DNA of 55,326 nt, filler included, from Basidiobolus ranarum (GCA_040143965.1; 4 parts of 4 records of this genome joined end to end with filler, not necessarily neighbours in it), one strand, 5' to 3'; shown: positions 1 through 14,541, counted from the first letter of the whole stretch. Numbers and translations are program-made. The notes: a model not told the origin generated them from the letters alone.

Positions 1-2706
1 GTCACCATCGAATCGAACCCGATCACGAAGACATCATCCTCTTGGTTATCTCATTTGATGTATAGAATTGTAAAAAAGACCCTAGTGCGAGAAAAATTGA
101 ATTCGCTAAATGAGATAAATGCCAACTCCAATCGGCAAAATTTGTGTATAGCTGAATAATTACATCATCCTTTGGGAACTATTTTGATTTTTGATTACCA
201 TCAGTACCACCCATGTATTATGTATTGGACTCTCCTTTCACGTTGCATATTCGACATCACCATCATAAGCGGTTTACGCAACATTTACGTCAACATTGAT
301 ATTTTGACTTGGATTATGTTGAGTTCCCTCCACTTTTTAAGCACTGTCACTAAGAACAACGGGCCCGACCGGTCTCACACCCTGCTTTCCATCCTCATTT
401 TGAACTTCTTTATTAGTTGTATATTAATACAATCATTTTGAACACGTACATATTCAGTAGTAAAGCGGATCCGAACTAGTCGCACTAGCCATACATACTG
501 AGAATAAAAGCAACTCCGCTACATGAAAGTCGAACTGAAATGCGATTGATTAAAATTCTCATGCAGCATCTGGTAGCCATCTCTACAACTGCATCAATCC
601 CCTATTCTTAACTAGAGATGGTGGATGCAACCATATCATTTGTTGAAGACTTTTAATCAACGGATCTTCAACCGATCCATGGACATAGTACTAAGGTACA
701 TTGCCAGTTCATTGTTCCAGGGATGCTCAATTTTGCTCATATTGTGCGCAAGCGCCTTAACCTGCACACATTAACAACAAAGTCATAGGTTCAATTGTAT
801 CATATGTGTTCTTCATTCCGTTGTGCTTCAACGCCATAACTCATTGTCTTGGTTCCTATATCATGCATACCTAATTTATACAGTGTATTTACTAAGTGCT
901 CTAGAGAGAATATGAGAGCATATATTTTAATTATACCTTGGATATAGACAAAAGAAATCATCTAACTTGGCCATAGTTCCCCCAATACCCATAGAAAGGA
1001 TGTCACATTCCTGAACTTTCCTCTAAAGTATAACCACTGTATTCTTTAAAATCCATTATTTAGTGAAATACTTTTAATATTTACAGTAGCTAGGCCTTCT
1101 TGCATGAATTAATAGCCTGGAACAAAGACATTAGCAGTGGGCATAATTTTACTCTCAAATCCAAAAACCTGATTTTCTAGAATTTTCAAGCAAGACTCGC
1201 TAGATAGGAAGCTGTATAATATATGGTTTAGCGTCTAGGAAAGTCTTCAGTAGGAAATTAACAAGATCGGCCAAGGTCACGAACATCACAAAGGATATTC
1301 ATGGAATACAGAGACTATATAAAAATTTCGTGATACTGTCAAGATATTGAGAAAGTGTGGCGCTCCACCTATTAGCATCACCAGGGCCTTATTAATGGAA
1401 AAAAACTACCTTACACTGCCGATCGCGCATCTGTGGAATTGCACATATCCTTAATAACTAGTGAGTAATGCCCAATGAGCTCTAAGGTAAAGGCTTCAAG
1501 TATCTTCTTCCCTGGCAATGGATCATTCCGTGTGATTGAGAAGTCAGTGCGTCCAGTTGATAGAACAATTTATATGTTACCAAGATCATCAGATGAGTGT
1601 AGTATTAGGAAATACCTCCAGTTTAGCATCAGTGAAATCTAATAAATGTGGCAATTTTAATGAGTGAGCTCACCTTAAAAGTCAAGATAAATCCACTTCG
1701 AGAACCAAAAACGTCAGCACTGATCAATTTCGACAAGCTGTCCCACATCATAGTAACATTATAGCCTTCATCCACACCACTGTCGATAGACATCAACCCA
1801 TGCTAAGTACCCCTTTGTATACGTAGAGCGTCAGGCCGTGCCATCAGGGATATAGTATTTGCCTCAATTGATCTAGTTTGAGCGGCTCGAATTACTCACC
1901 AATGCTTCTCATCCACTAGATGTCGAGCTTTGCCACTTTTAGAAGCACGATGTACTCCATGAAGCCTTACTGAGTAGCTCGCTTAATTACTGAGATCCTA
2001 TCCTAGCTCAGAGTAGGCATCAAGATTATGTGCTTCTAACTGAGAAAGAAATACCATTGTGCTGCCCTGCCCTCAGTTAGACTAAGGCATCATTGTAAAT
2101 AGTATAATAATTGAAAGAAAGGAGCTTTGAATCAATGCAGACAGAGTTGGGTTACTCTTTTGAGCATGAATTTCATTTTCAATTAAATGAAATGTTCACA
2201 TGATTGGCTTGTGCCAAAAGTGGATTCCTAATAAATGATTTCCATTTCACAGCCTCATTCATCCGCCATCAAGTGCCAATTGATTTCCACCTTTTGCATA
2301 TTAAACTGAGCATCGAAATTCAAAAAACATCCAGAGTTGGAATGCGAAAGTACAACATATACAAAGTATTTTGCATATGAATGTGTGTCACTGTTCGGAA
2401 AGATCCGAAACTTAAGTTGAATGTCTGATTTTGGCAATAACCACAGTACTAATGAAAGTCTTCTCCATAATTCTTGTGCTACTCCACTACATGGATGCTG
2501 ATGGGTGCAACCCCTAAGTTCCGACTGCTACTATGGTAATAATCCTTTCTATCCCTTCTTAGTTAAATCAATATTTTATACCAATACCACTATCTTGCTG
2601 AACCGTACTTGTCTTTTAAGAGCCCTTTTAATCCCTAAGTTCATTAGAGCTATATTATAACTCTCAATTTTCTAGAAACTACCCTTTCTTTCAATACAAT
2701 TCTACG

Positions 2707-3478
<772 letters not shown>

Positions 3479-4150
3479 ACTCACAACCCAAAATGTGGTC
3501 AATATTCTATATTCAGGATTTATTTGTACTCTTATATTTCATTACATTTCCCTTTAGCACTACTTGAATGTCGAGATTTTCTTTGAGGGAAATCACTTCC
3601 CCCCTCCCTTGATGAAGATTCCATTCAGTTCAGATAAATTAAGTTCTATCAGATGGTATTTTTATTTGAAATATCTTTATACTTTGATTTCGTAGATTTT
3701 TTATTTATTTCGGAGTTCATTTTATTGTACGTTCTCTTCTAAGTTGTAATATGTAACGTATGTTATCTCGATTTATTACACCCTATTACACGCATCATGG
3801 ATCCGTCATACTGCCATCTTGGCCTATCCTGCTTTATAGCGCTACTAATAAACTAATACTCTATCTAGCGCCTTTATAATAATATAATATTAGTGAATCA
3901 AGTGGGAAACAAAGATAAAATCAATCAATGCTAAGGTCTATTCTACCACTGCCTATATTGACCAATACATCCTTACCAACATTCAAATCATCTCACTTTC
4001 CTTGAGTTATGAGGAAAATTGAAGAGATTGCATGGGACTGATGGATTTTCACTCTACTAAGAAATCCAAATTATTCAAATTGAAATATCAATAGAATGAA
4101 ATGTGAATGCTAAAGGTGGATTTTAATATTCATAAAGGAACATATATAAG

Positions 4151-4933
4151 TCAATAATCTAATAACCACAGAGTAAATGATATATTAAGTGGTACGGTCA
4201 AATTATCTGTACCGAATGGTGATACTGCTTCTGATAAAGTACCAACCAAAGCAGCAATAAAAGAACCACTTACTTTGGAGGTAAAGCTCATTTCTGTCAA
4301 TATATAGAAAGTGACGTAAACGGAGGTGAAAATGGCCAAAAATGCTGCCTTACTTCCTTCAACGGTGCGGAAAGTGTTTCCATATACTGGATACTTTCTT
4401 TTTCCAAATTTTTTTCCTACATAATTGGCCAGGGAATCACCAAACGTCATCCCCATGATACCGCATATTCCAAGGTACGCTCTACCTCTAGGAAACCCTT
4501 GTTCCCAACCTTCATGAAATAGAAGACATAATAGACTACAGGAAATCACAAAATATACAGTTCCAAATGTGGCACCCTGTTTTGGATCGATCGAGTTGAG
4601 TAAGCGAAAACGTAGGAAAAGGTAGTTCAAAGGTATAAAGGATGCCATCGGTATACATGCATATTGCCATTGGTCGAATAAATATAAGTGGAAGAAATTG
4701 CATAAACCAGCACCTACATGGACTAACTTGGTGGAAAAAATGAAACTTAGGGGCTAATCTGAAGTGCAAACTTTAACCGCAAGTACTAGCTGAGATATAC
4801 TAACTTTCCTAGTTATCTGTCTAGAGGCGGAGTATTTCCACCTTAGGACCTCCGAAGTAGTTAGAAGTACCCCACAATAGATGAAAGCAAAAACAAGACC
4901 CAAAAGGTCATTGTTGGTGGGAGCAGGTACCAT
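4151..4933 (-). CDS. CTP-dependent phytol/polyprenol/diacylglycerol kinase family membrane protein (234 aa); exons 4933-4805, 4726-4151
   Basis: Spliced product MVPAPTNNDLLGLVFAFIYCG...ITRK|LVHVGAG...GTVYF...MTFGDSLANYVGKKFGKRKY...RTVEGS...EAVSPFGTDNLTVPL. The RKxxH, GDxxAxxxGxxFG, (K/R)TxEGS and DNLxxP motifs are those of the VTE5/DGK1/dolichol-kinase family. One phase-0 GT-AG intron. Confidence 0.88.
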
Positions 4934-7900
4934 TTTGGATTGATGGCTGAAGAAGCTAGAAAAGAGCTGTCTTCAATCCATAGTCATCATTTAGCCAACG
5001 AATAAAACTGGGGCGTATACTGACTTAGAAATCGGATTCTTGGTAAAATTTTGATCCCAGGAGCCAAATCAATAATAGCCAAGAATAGCCACCGTCAGTT
5101 GGGATTTCCTGTACTCTTTCATATCATGCATGTATGTTGACCCTATAATCCCAACAAGAATAAATACTGCAGAAGGTATCATTAGTATTGAGACTAAGGC
5201 TGTATACAGAAGAGAAACCATCCATTTAAACAAAACATTACAAATAGTGTTCCAAGTACCGTTGATAGAGTAAAACGCCCAACAAGGTATGGTTAGTAGT
5301 CTTAGAATAAAATCAATTGAAAGATCCTCATATACCCGCATATTCCACCCTTGATCGAGATACATATTCTGACCAAAAGTCTTGGGAGTGACGATAGTGC
5401 TCCATGGGAAGCTCTACTTTCCACGTTCTTTTGTAGTAGAGCTAGCAGAATACAAATCATCTGACTATTTTAATTTGAATTTCATCTATTGGACTTGCTC
5501 CGCCAAACGGACTAACTTTGGCTCGGAATATGGAACTAACATCGATCGATGTTGAAGAGGCTTGGGGGATGGGTGCAAAGTTATATCTGTCAATGATACA
5601 TTTAGTATCGAAACCATTGGCATGGAGCGGTCTATATATAGCTCCACTAAACTGTATCAGCTGTATCTTTACTACTGCTTCCATTCCCATATCTGTTTAT
5701 CCCAAAAACGTTTTCACCAAATGGATAGTTGAAGTAAGCAATGGATGTCAACTAATCTCATGAGCAACGATGGACCTACCACAAGTATCCTATATATAGC
5801 ACGAGAGAGGGGCTACTAACAACTCAAGAAAATTCAAGTGTGACTGAGGTCTACAATTCCTACTGGAACCTTAAATCCAAGACATAACTTACCCTATGTT
5901 TCATTGACCTGATTCAACAGACACTTTATCAACGGTGTTGCAATCTCCTATTCATCAATCCGTTCATGCCAATAATGTGGCTCATACATTGTGTTGACCT
6001 CCTAATTCCTGAGACTGTTGGGTGCTTGGAAGCGGTCGATTGATCTTGCGCTGGTCATTCGCCCCAAATTCATCGTCTATACTCTGCCAATGGATCATTG
6101 CTGCAAATCAACCTGAAGCTCACCCCAGACTTCTATTCGATTAGGAGACGATTCGCATGGAAGTTGCTGGGACCTGGAAAGATCCAGAGCCCTACTGGTT
6201 AATTTCTGTACCATCTCTTTGAGTGCCGAAGTCTATATGCTGAATGCCTAATTTAGATAAGCACGGGGTCATCTGTGCCGCTAAATTTCCAATGCACACT
6301 AAATAGGATGAGCCATGGCAATATTTCCAGCAATGCACTTAGCCCAGATGAAACCTTATTTGCATCACTTCTTTCCTCCCAGCATTGGAGAAAAATAGAA
6401 CTCACAGCCAAGAATCGCATATAGAAAGTAATATCATTGCATCGTAATAATTGGATCTGCCACAGGCGAAATAGATGTATATGGTAAACAGAATGCACCG
6501 TGGCTAGCTACAAAAAGAATCTTGATGCAGTCACACAAATAACCCGTTTCTAACAATACATCTGTACATTTTAATCTAAACGAATTCTACCTAAATAGGT
6601 TCCATTCCAGTAAGTTCCTTTCTCCTTAAACCAAATAGATTCCTATATCATTGTTCATTCCAGATTCACATTGCCAAATCTCAAAGAGGCTGCTGCGAGT
6701 CTTATTTGGACCGGCCGCTTTCAATCCCTTTAGCTAAGCCATCGAAGTGGGAGTGTCCTCTTCAATCACCAATAGCAAGCAACTCTTTTGATAATCAGTA
6801 CTTGCGTTAGGGGAGAAGCGCCTCAATACTGAACTTGCCATGCATTTCTGTAACTTCCAGCTACGATTGTGCTAGAGAATGTACTGACCCCGTGGTGACG
6901 TACCTATAAAAGTGGTTTCAATTGTGCTCCAACCCATAGAGATGGTTGGACCTAGAAATCCAGTAAATATACTTCTAGTATATGAAACCGGCATTCATTC
7001 TAACAGTTTGCATTATTTTATTACTCACAAAACCTCTCGCCTAAGCAATCCCTATCAATCAATCAATCAATAAAAGCATACGATGATCAATAGATCTACT
7101 AGCCGAATTTTCGGTTCTCCCAATCCATATGGGACTTCAATAGTCAGTAAATACTCTGATTCGTCTTGCTCATACTAGTTGCTTGAGTTTCCCATGTGGC
7201 TACACGATTTGATAGACTATCCCACTACTCCTTGTGCTAGGCTAATTTGATTGAGTGTCTCGCGCATAGAGAGACTGTGAAACATTTCACTTGCATCGAA
7301 CTGATACCTGCATGGGGACTGGCGCACCAGCTGTTTGGCAGTCGCTGGCAGAAACCTTGGAAGAGGTATCTTGATGAACAAGCCACTTGCAACTGGAATT
7401 GGCAGTTTTACTGGATACGATGCTACAGTAGCAGAATCACAGTCCAGGAATTAAGGTTTGTAATCATCTGCCAGAGGTTCAACTGCCTTAAATATCCGTC
7501 ATTTGCGAAATAATTGGCCTATATGGATATGATCCTTTCTAAGAGAACGGTAGTAAAATACTCAATGCAAGCGATGTGTAATCGTGACTTTGGGCAACTT
7601 TGTAATGTGTTCATTAAGACTCATAGTAGTGACTAACTGCTCATTATCTCACCCTATTGGCTTATAGTCGTCACTAGTGGGCTTGCTATGTTAAACTTTT
7701 GAGGTTGTTATATTACACGTTCGGAATTAACTGGACCCATTTGCACCAATGGGGTTTCCAAATGTTATGGCAAGAATTGGCCATTTTGGTGAATCATAAT
7801 CAACGATTCGGGATCACTTCTCTAATTACAATTCCATCCTTAGGTATCTTAGTGCCCTGCACCTCGGTGGGTGACTTCCTTCTTTGCTACCAGATCTGTG

Positions 7901-9554
7901 AGGTAACCGTATTAGAGGCCAAACCAAGTTACATCAGAAATCCCATTCCACCACTTATCTTGCACAAATACCTAGCAATCACTGAGACGTCTGATCTTTA
8001 GACAGCAAATAATCTATGAGATGGTTAATCGTAGAATCTCTTGGTCAAGTGGAAGCAAATGGCTCTATCAATTAGAAATTTTCATTCGATCGCATGTAGA
8101 TATCTTACCAGCCTGGTTAGGAAATAACTCTGTCCCGTACTAGAGTATTCACACCTCAGTACCACTCGTGGACCGTCCCACATATACTCCTACCCACCAT
8201 GGCAATGGGCGAACAAGGTATCGTTGTGGCAGGGAAACACGCAGAGTCAAGTTTATTGACGGAAATCGATTCCACCGGACAGCCAAGAGGTAGGGGATTT
8301 GGATTTGCAGCTAAAGAGCGAATTGTGGTGATTTGAATGGGATGGTTGGTCACTCAAAGAGTCGGGTGTTGAAATATCGTTTCATCTATCTTCAATGGCC
8401 TATGCATGGAACGGGATTGTCCCATGCAGATGATAGATCGAAGAAAGGAAATATGGTTCCAATGGAGACTTTCTAAGAACCCTAAAATACGAGGACCATT
8501 CTATGAACAGAGGAAGTTCATATTAGACAAACATCCCAGCATCGAAATCGGGATTGTTATTCTGCTGGGAAGCTGATGATTTGATTGATGAGTGGCATAG
8601 ATCTCGAACATTTTGTTAGAAATGGTAGAATAAAGGCTATTGCGGATAATGTATATTTAATGTAAATTATGCGGATTTGTATTTGGATTGGATCAGCCGC
8701 CACATTCCACAGCAATCTACAGAATGATGTATTCTCTGTAGAAATTGACAAACGCAGAGGAACGAAATTGAATTCAGCCAAACTGCTCCATCAATGATGA
8801 TTGCTTGTGCAATATTTCGATAACGGGACATGGGGAGTCTAGCAATATCCGTAGGTTGCTTTCTGATTCATTGAACACTGGCCTTAATACTAAGGAGATG
8901 GCTTTAGTGAAACTGCATAAATCAATTCGGTATGGATTGTGCATGTGCGGAATAACTATTCCGGTTGAAATCCGGACGACTACTCCAGTGTTGATTCAAC
9001 AGAATATCATTAGAGCCTATTTTTGAACGGCGCATTATCATGTGTTTATGGAATAATTAGCAGGCTATTTTAAAAGAGTTCCGATGTTTCTCTAAACGAT
9101 TCTGAAGGAATTGTCAAACCCGGATCCAATTAATTCCGGTGCACCAAAGTGGATGCTTATTTTATCAACTCATTTATATTCATATTGACTGAGTCAAATC
9201 ACCTCCCTTTCAGAGTACTTTCTAGCAGATGCGAATTCGATTCGTGCATCTCCTGCTCTGATTACTAAGAGTATTCTATACGTATATAAAAGCCTGAGCG
9301 CACTATTGCAAGTTAAACACTGCTGCGATGACTAATTCTGATTTGACAACACTCATCGATCAAGCTATGATTTAATTTTCCTTCATATAGATATCAATTT
9401 AAAACCTGTGGCAATTATATAAATAGATTTAAAATTATTTGGCTAGTCGATTGCTCAGTATATAACCATAACTACCTGCTTCCAAATCCATATCTCATTC
9501 CTCTTCAAACAGTAATTTATCATACAAATTCAATTAAACAACTCTGGAGTAATA

Positions 9555-10844
9555 ATGTCCAGTACAATTCAAGACCTACCTAGCGGAGTCATGAACCCCC
9601 TTACTTTTGATTCCCATGGAATTCAAACCACTTTAGATGCGGAAGTGGTATCGAAATCATCTTTGCGGAGAATCGCATCCACTTTTACCCCAAGGGGTCA
9701 ACAAAAAAGCCACAATCGTAGGCACTCTTGTAGTAATTCTTCATATGACAAAACCACTTCCTTCCATGATTTGTATAATTCTCTTCCACTTCCTACCCCT
9801 TTAACTTTTTCGGCTCCCCTTTGTCATGATCCCATATCAGTCGAGTATAATGAGCATGAAAGTCGAGTCTATGCTTCACCAGAACCTACTGAAACCTCAG
9901 AGAGTTCCGAATCACACTCCGAAGGCCCAGAGATGCTATCGCAAGAGGATAAAGCAATCTTGTTTGATGATCAATGCTCGTCATGGCCCACACCACCACA
10001 TACACCCGTAACAAGGGAGATATTATTTACTGTAGGCTCCTATAACGTCCTAGAGTTACTTGGAACTGGATCATTTTCCAAGGTATACCTTGCCGAGGAT
10101 AGCCGGAGCACCTCGCGCTTGGTAGCCATCAAGATGATTGAGAAGGCATCTGGGATGCACGGCCGAAGACTGAGGACACTCGTTAGCCGGGAAATTGAGT
10201 TCTTAACAATGGTGGATCACCCTAATATCGTCGCTTACTATGAAACAGTACAAACTGAAACCCACACCTGCCTTGTACTTGAGTATGTGAAGGGAGCAGA
10301 GTTGTATGATTTTGTTGCCAATGAAAATCCGATACTCTCCAACCCAAGTAAAATCCAACAGGTCTTTTCTCAACTGGTGTTTGCTGTGGAGCATTTACAT
10401 GATCGGAACATATGCCATAGAGATTTGAAATTAGAGAACGTATTAATTCAGGAAGACCACGACAATCTTACAGTCAAGCTTTCTGATCTTGGTCTAGCGG
10501 AATATGTATCTGACATCTCTTATTTATCATCCCGTTGTGGAACTGAAGAATACTGTGCCCCAGAGATATTGCTAGGTCAATCTACTGATGGGGTCAAGGC
10601 GGATATCTGGTCACTTGGCATTATTTTGTTCACAATGGTTGCCGGCCATTTACCATTCAATCTTGAGCCCAATGAATCTCGCCGAGCTTTCTATGCCCGG
10701 ATCAATAGAGCTGAGTATGAATGTCCAAGCAAAGTGAGTGAAGAGGCACATGATCTCATTTCCAAGCTACTGCAAAGTCAACCCAGTCAACGGGCTACAA
10801 TTGATGATATCAAAAAGCATCAATGGCTCCAGCACCTGTTCTGA
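9555..10844 (+). CDS. Ser/Thr protein kinase, CAMK group (AMPK/Prr1-like), intronless, 429 aa
   Basis: GTGSFS, VAIK, HRDLKLEN, DLG (in place of DFG), CGTEEYCAPE, DIWSLG; low-complexity N-terminal ~155 aa. Confidence 0.92.
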   Translation: MSSTIQDLPSGVMNPLTFDSHGIQTTLDAEVVSKSSLRRIASTFTPRGQQKSHNRRHSCSNSSYDKTTSFHDLYNSLPLPTPLTFSAPLCHDPISVEYNEHESRVYASPEPTETSESSESHSEGPEMLSQEDKAILFDDQCSSWPTPPHTPVTREILFTVGSYNVLELLGTGSFSKVYLAEDSRSTSRLVAIKMIEKASGMHGRRLRTLVSREIEFLTMVDHPNIVAYYETVQTETHTCLVLEYVKGAELYDFVANENPILSNPSKIQQVFSQLVFAVEHLHDRNICHRDLKLENVLIQEDHDNLTVKLSDLGLAEYVSDISYLSSRCGTEEYCAPEILLGQSTDGVKADIWSLGIILFTMVAGHLPFNLEPNESRRAFYARINRAEYECPSKVSEEAHDLISKLLQSQPSQRATIDDIKKHQWLQHLF

Positions 10845-13159
10845 TCTATACAGGATCCGAACTTCTTATACAAATGGCGCCTATCATCGGTATTATGAAG
10901 CTTGTACATATAACGTGTTACCAGTATACCCACTGCCCACTTTGATATTTCTTATAAGGTGGTTAACGTGACTACTATTTATCTTCTGTCTTTTCCTTAG
11001 CGCATAATTATTGGCAATCTTCATTATACCATGTACCGATAATTTATTCTCTCCATCTACAGTACCCTATAGACAACCTCTCAGCCTACCCTTCAATCCA
11101 ACTATTTTGATGCTTCATTGTTTGAGCTGTCCTCACTATTTACACACACCTGTCGAGTGTAGAGATATTCGGCTGAAGTATTCCTCTTCTATATAATATT
11201 CCTATCACATAGCTACTTTAATCCTAGAATAAAAGGTTGATCCTCTTGCTAAAGATGTGCATCATAGAGCATTCCATATAATTGGGCCCGAAATATCAGA
11301 CGTTTCACCAATTTATCTGGTAAACTTTAACCATCACTATTCATTAAGCAAAGTGAGACCGAACCCAGTCCGCTGCAGGGAACATACCATAAATGGCCTA
11401 TATTCCCCTTTCATCCCCTCAATACAGGAGGTCAATCCATTCCATTCGCTAAAACCAAGTCCAAATAGATCCAATCTAATGAAATAGATTTATAATTTTA
11501 AACTGAATAATGTTAAAATGCTCCTTACTGCGAAAGATATCAACTACCAATAGTTCTAGCTTAAATCATTCAAGTCATTCATTACAATAGCACTGATTTC
11601 AACATGAACGGGAAAACCGCCGCACCTTCCAACAGGTGACAAAACGTAACGTTCACACAGGAATTTAACTAATTTGGTAGGTTTATTCGCAAATCGAATC
11701 TCACTGATCCCTCTGCTTACCCACCCAAATCTGTAGGATTTATAAGCGATAGCAGTATAGATGATAAATGATGAAGGTTGTTGAACCGCATGTTTGCCGC
11801 GGATAAGCGGTTTTGAATTCATTATAACCATTCATCCAACTTCCGAAGTGATCTACGTGTTCGATATTGGTCGATACATTAATCGGATTTCAAGCTTAAC
11901 TCTCATCCAATCGGGATTGGCACTGATAGAAAGCTAACCCAACTCCCTTGGAATTCCGGCTACCCGGAGTTTACTAGCTTTACTTTGACTAAGCCCGCTT
12001 TGAGGGTGAAAATTTCGCATTAATACCTGAATGGTATTAGCTTAGTCCGTTACACTGGCCATTCAAGAACTTTCAGGGCTAATGGTATAGCCATGATGGT
12101 GTCGTATCTGTCTATAATGGTATATTGACTGTATGAGGATTTTGTATGCGGCACAGTCTAGTGAATTTAACAAGTGTTTATGCCGCTAGGTCATTGCGCA
12201 TGTACTGTTGTATACTGAACATGAGGCTGTGCCCTCTTAGAAACCTAGACGGGGTTTCTTTCTAAGCTCATACACACCTTTAAAGAAATCGTTCATGTAC
12301 TTATGACGGACTGGGATTGTCAAGCCTTGAGGTATCTGTTAATTGCGAAGTTCAACTCGATTTTCAATATGGTATAGTCTATCAGCAACTACTTTTAGCA
12401 TCATCTATCCGTAAGTACCATATTCACTCTACATAATCATCTGCATCTTTACGTTATTAGTCATCCTTCTCATATCATGGTAGGCCCTACTGCGGTAGTA
12501 ATATCTTTGCCAAGCGCATATGATCTTACCAATCTGACGTGTCACCAGTGTACATCCTCGGCGCTCATCTAATTCTTGAGGCGGTATACTCCGGATAGTC
12601 ATACTCTTGGCACACTTGGTTATCAGTGGACTATCTTGATCAATGTGAACTCCATATGTAAGTTGTCAGCCTGTACTGACGTTGAATCCCGATAATGATG
12701 AATGGATGTTTACCCTTTTGAATATCTGGGATGAATTGGAAGTGCTTACGATAATTAGAAGAAATATGTGATTTGAACTTTACTAAATTGAAAATAAGTA
12801 TTTATGTAAAATTTGAGACTTCTTTATAGAATTGAAATGTGATAATTATTTGGATGTTGCAAATAAAGAAATATGTTAGAATACTGTTGTACTTTAAAGC
12901 TCCTTAAGAGGCTGATGAAATAGTTTGGGGAGCTGTGGACAAGTCTTAGTATTTCATCTTTTCTCAACACTTCTGAGATATATTCAAAATGGATTTGGGA
13001 TTTCAATATTCAGTATATAAACTCTAAATATGCTAAACATGATATGGTATATACATATTTACTTAACTTACAGCTTCTGACGCAAAGCCTTTTATTGCCC
13101 TTTAGATTGGTTTTGACTTGAGATTGCTGAAATTAACATAGGCTAACCATTTGCAGAGT

Positions 13160-13670
13160 TATAGATAGCTTGGCATTTAGTTATTCCAGATTTTACTATG
13201 ATATCACCCACTAATCTCAAGAGGAATTTACTTAGAAGTTCTCAGGTATATGTATTTTTTAAACTTGTTCTAGAGGCTCCAAACTTTACACACATGCTCC
13301 TGGGGCCTTTCTTAACACATTCTGTGAAAGTTTTTTGAGAGCCTTTTGAAAGTGGTTTGGAGGGCCAGAGAAATTTGTGGTTTTCACTTATTGCTTTATT
13401 AAGTATTCAGTTGACATTTATAGTTTTGGCAAGACATAAGCAAACTAGCACATATAATTTTGCAAAATTGGTATATCTGAGAACTTTCAAGTTGGTGAAA
13501 ATATCCCAAGTAAATTTCTATTATTAATAATGGATGGTATGTTAGGCAAATATGGAATGACTATACTTTAAGCTATGTATGGCTCTATTGTTAAAGTATT
13601 TGTGTGCCTGTTGGAAGTGGTTTGGAGAAGTAGAGAAATTGGTGATTTCACTAATTGATTTATTGATGTT
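13160..13670. repeat. Dispersed AT-rich repeat family: one inverted copy (~13160-13323) plus tandem direct copies starting ~13323 and ~13589; homologous to 42601-43105
   Basis: Shared blocks such as GCCTGTT(G/T)GAAGTGGTTTGGAGAA.TAGAGAAATT and AGAATGTGTTAAG.AAGG.CCCAG.A.CATGTGTG.AAAGTTTGG.GC.TCTAG occur on both contigs. Confidence 0.8.
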
Positions 13671-13776
13671 AAAGACAAATTGCTAATTCAATGTTCAAGA
13701 GCTAAAACTGCCAAGAAGGTATGGAAAGCCTTGGAAGACACCTACCAAACAAGTTCTGCTGCCAACAAGATGTTTC

Positions 13777-13876
13777 NNNNNNNNNNNNNNNNNNNNNNNN
13801 NNNNNNNNNNNNNNNNNNNNTTAATTAATTAANNNNNNNNNNNNNNNNNNNNNNNNNNNNNNNNNNNNNNNNNNNN
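13777..13876. other. Artificial contig linker N44-TTAATTAATTAA-N44
   Basis: 100-bp spacer with stops in all six frames; identical to the other two gaps. Confidence 0.98.
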
Positions 13877-14541
13877 GTACTCCCCTAGATGTATTCCAAA
13901 TGCAGTTATGGATGGCATTAACTTTGTAATGATTTCATGCTGTATCTTTCTTTTTATCTGTTAATATTTGATACCATACGCATCACTACCATACGCATCA
14001 CTCATCAACTGAGTGCTTAAAATAAACCACGAACTAAATTACCTTGTAATGAAAAATTCCATGATTAAATATAGAAAGCCAATCAGCGGTGATCTGGCCT
14101 GGTCGTATCGGTGAATGAAACTTGACCACAATAGCTTGTCGGCGCATGGCGTTTTCTAGGTGAATCAATTTGGCTCAGATTGATTAATTCCTTAGGGTTA
14201 GGGCTTTATGTGTAGAAACGATCTCAGTGCTTCTACTATTCTGCTTCTACTTTTAGTAGATCACGGTTAGTTGATCTAATATGGTAGGGATTTAGTTATC
14301 GCTTAATCATTGTACCATTGTGATTTATTATAATAGGAAACTGAACTTATTTCTTATATGTATTAAACTTGATTCTATTTAGCTCTATATATTACTGACT
14401 TCTTTTATTTTATATTGTGAGTCTTCTTTTTTACGACTGAACTTTAACTATATCGACATTCTTCTCTTTTTATTTTATTATTTTTGTAACAATACATAGA
14501 GCTCATTTTTGCACACTCCCATCATCCTTGGATACAATAAT

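Noticed and set aside
1300-1975. Minus-strand exon-like segments with GTGAG/GTAAG donors (e.g. STGRTDFSITRNDPLPGKKILEAFTLELIGHY)
   Set aside because: Phases do not join consistently, in-frame stops occur and no family is recognised; at most a decayed pseudogene.
5900-8500. Scattered short ORFs in a gene-poor stretch, including a GQPRGRGFGF RNP1-like peptide near 8280
   Set aside because: No coherent reading frame or exon chain; similarity too short to support a call.
13821-13832. TTAATTAATTAA palindrome repeated three times in the window
   Set aside because: Artificial linker inside N runs, not a biological motif.
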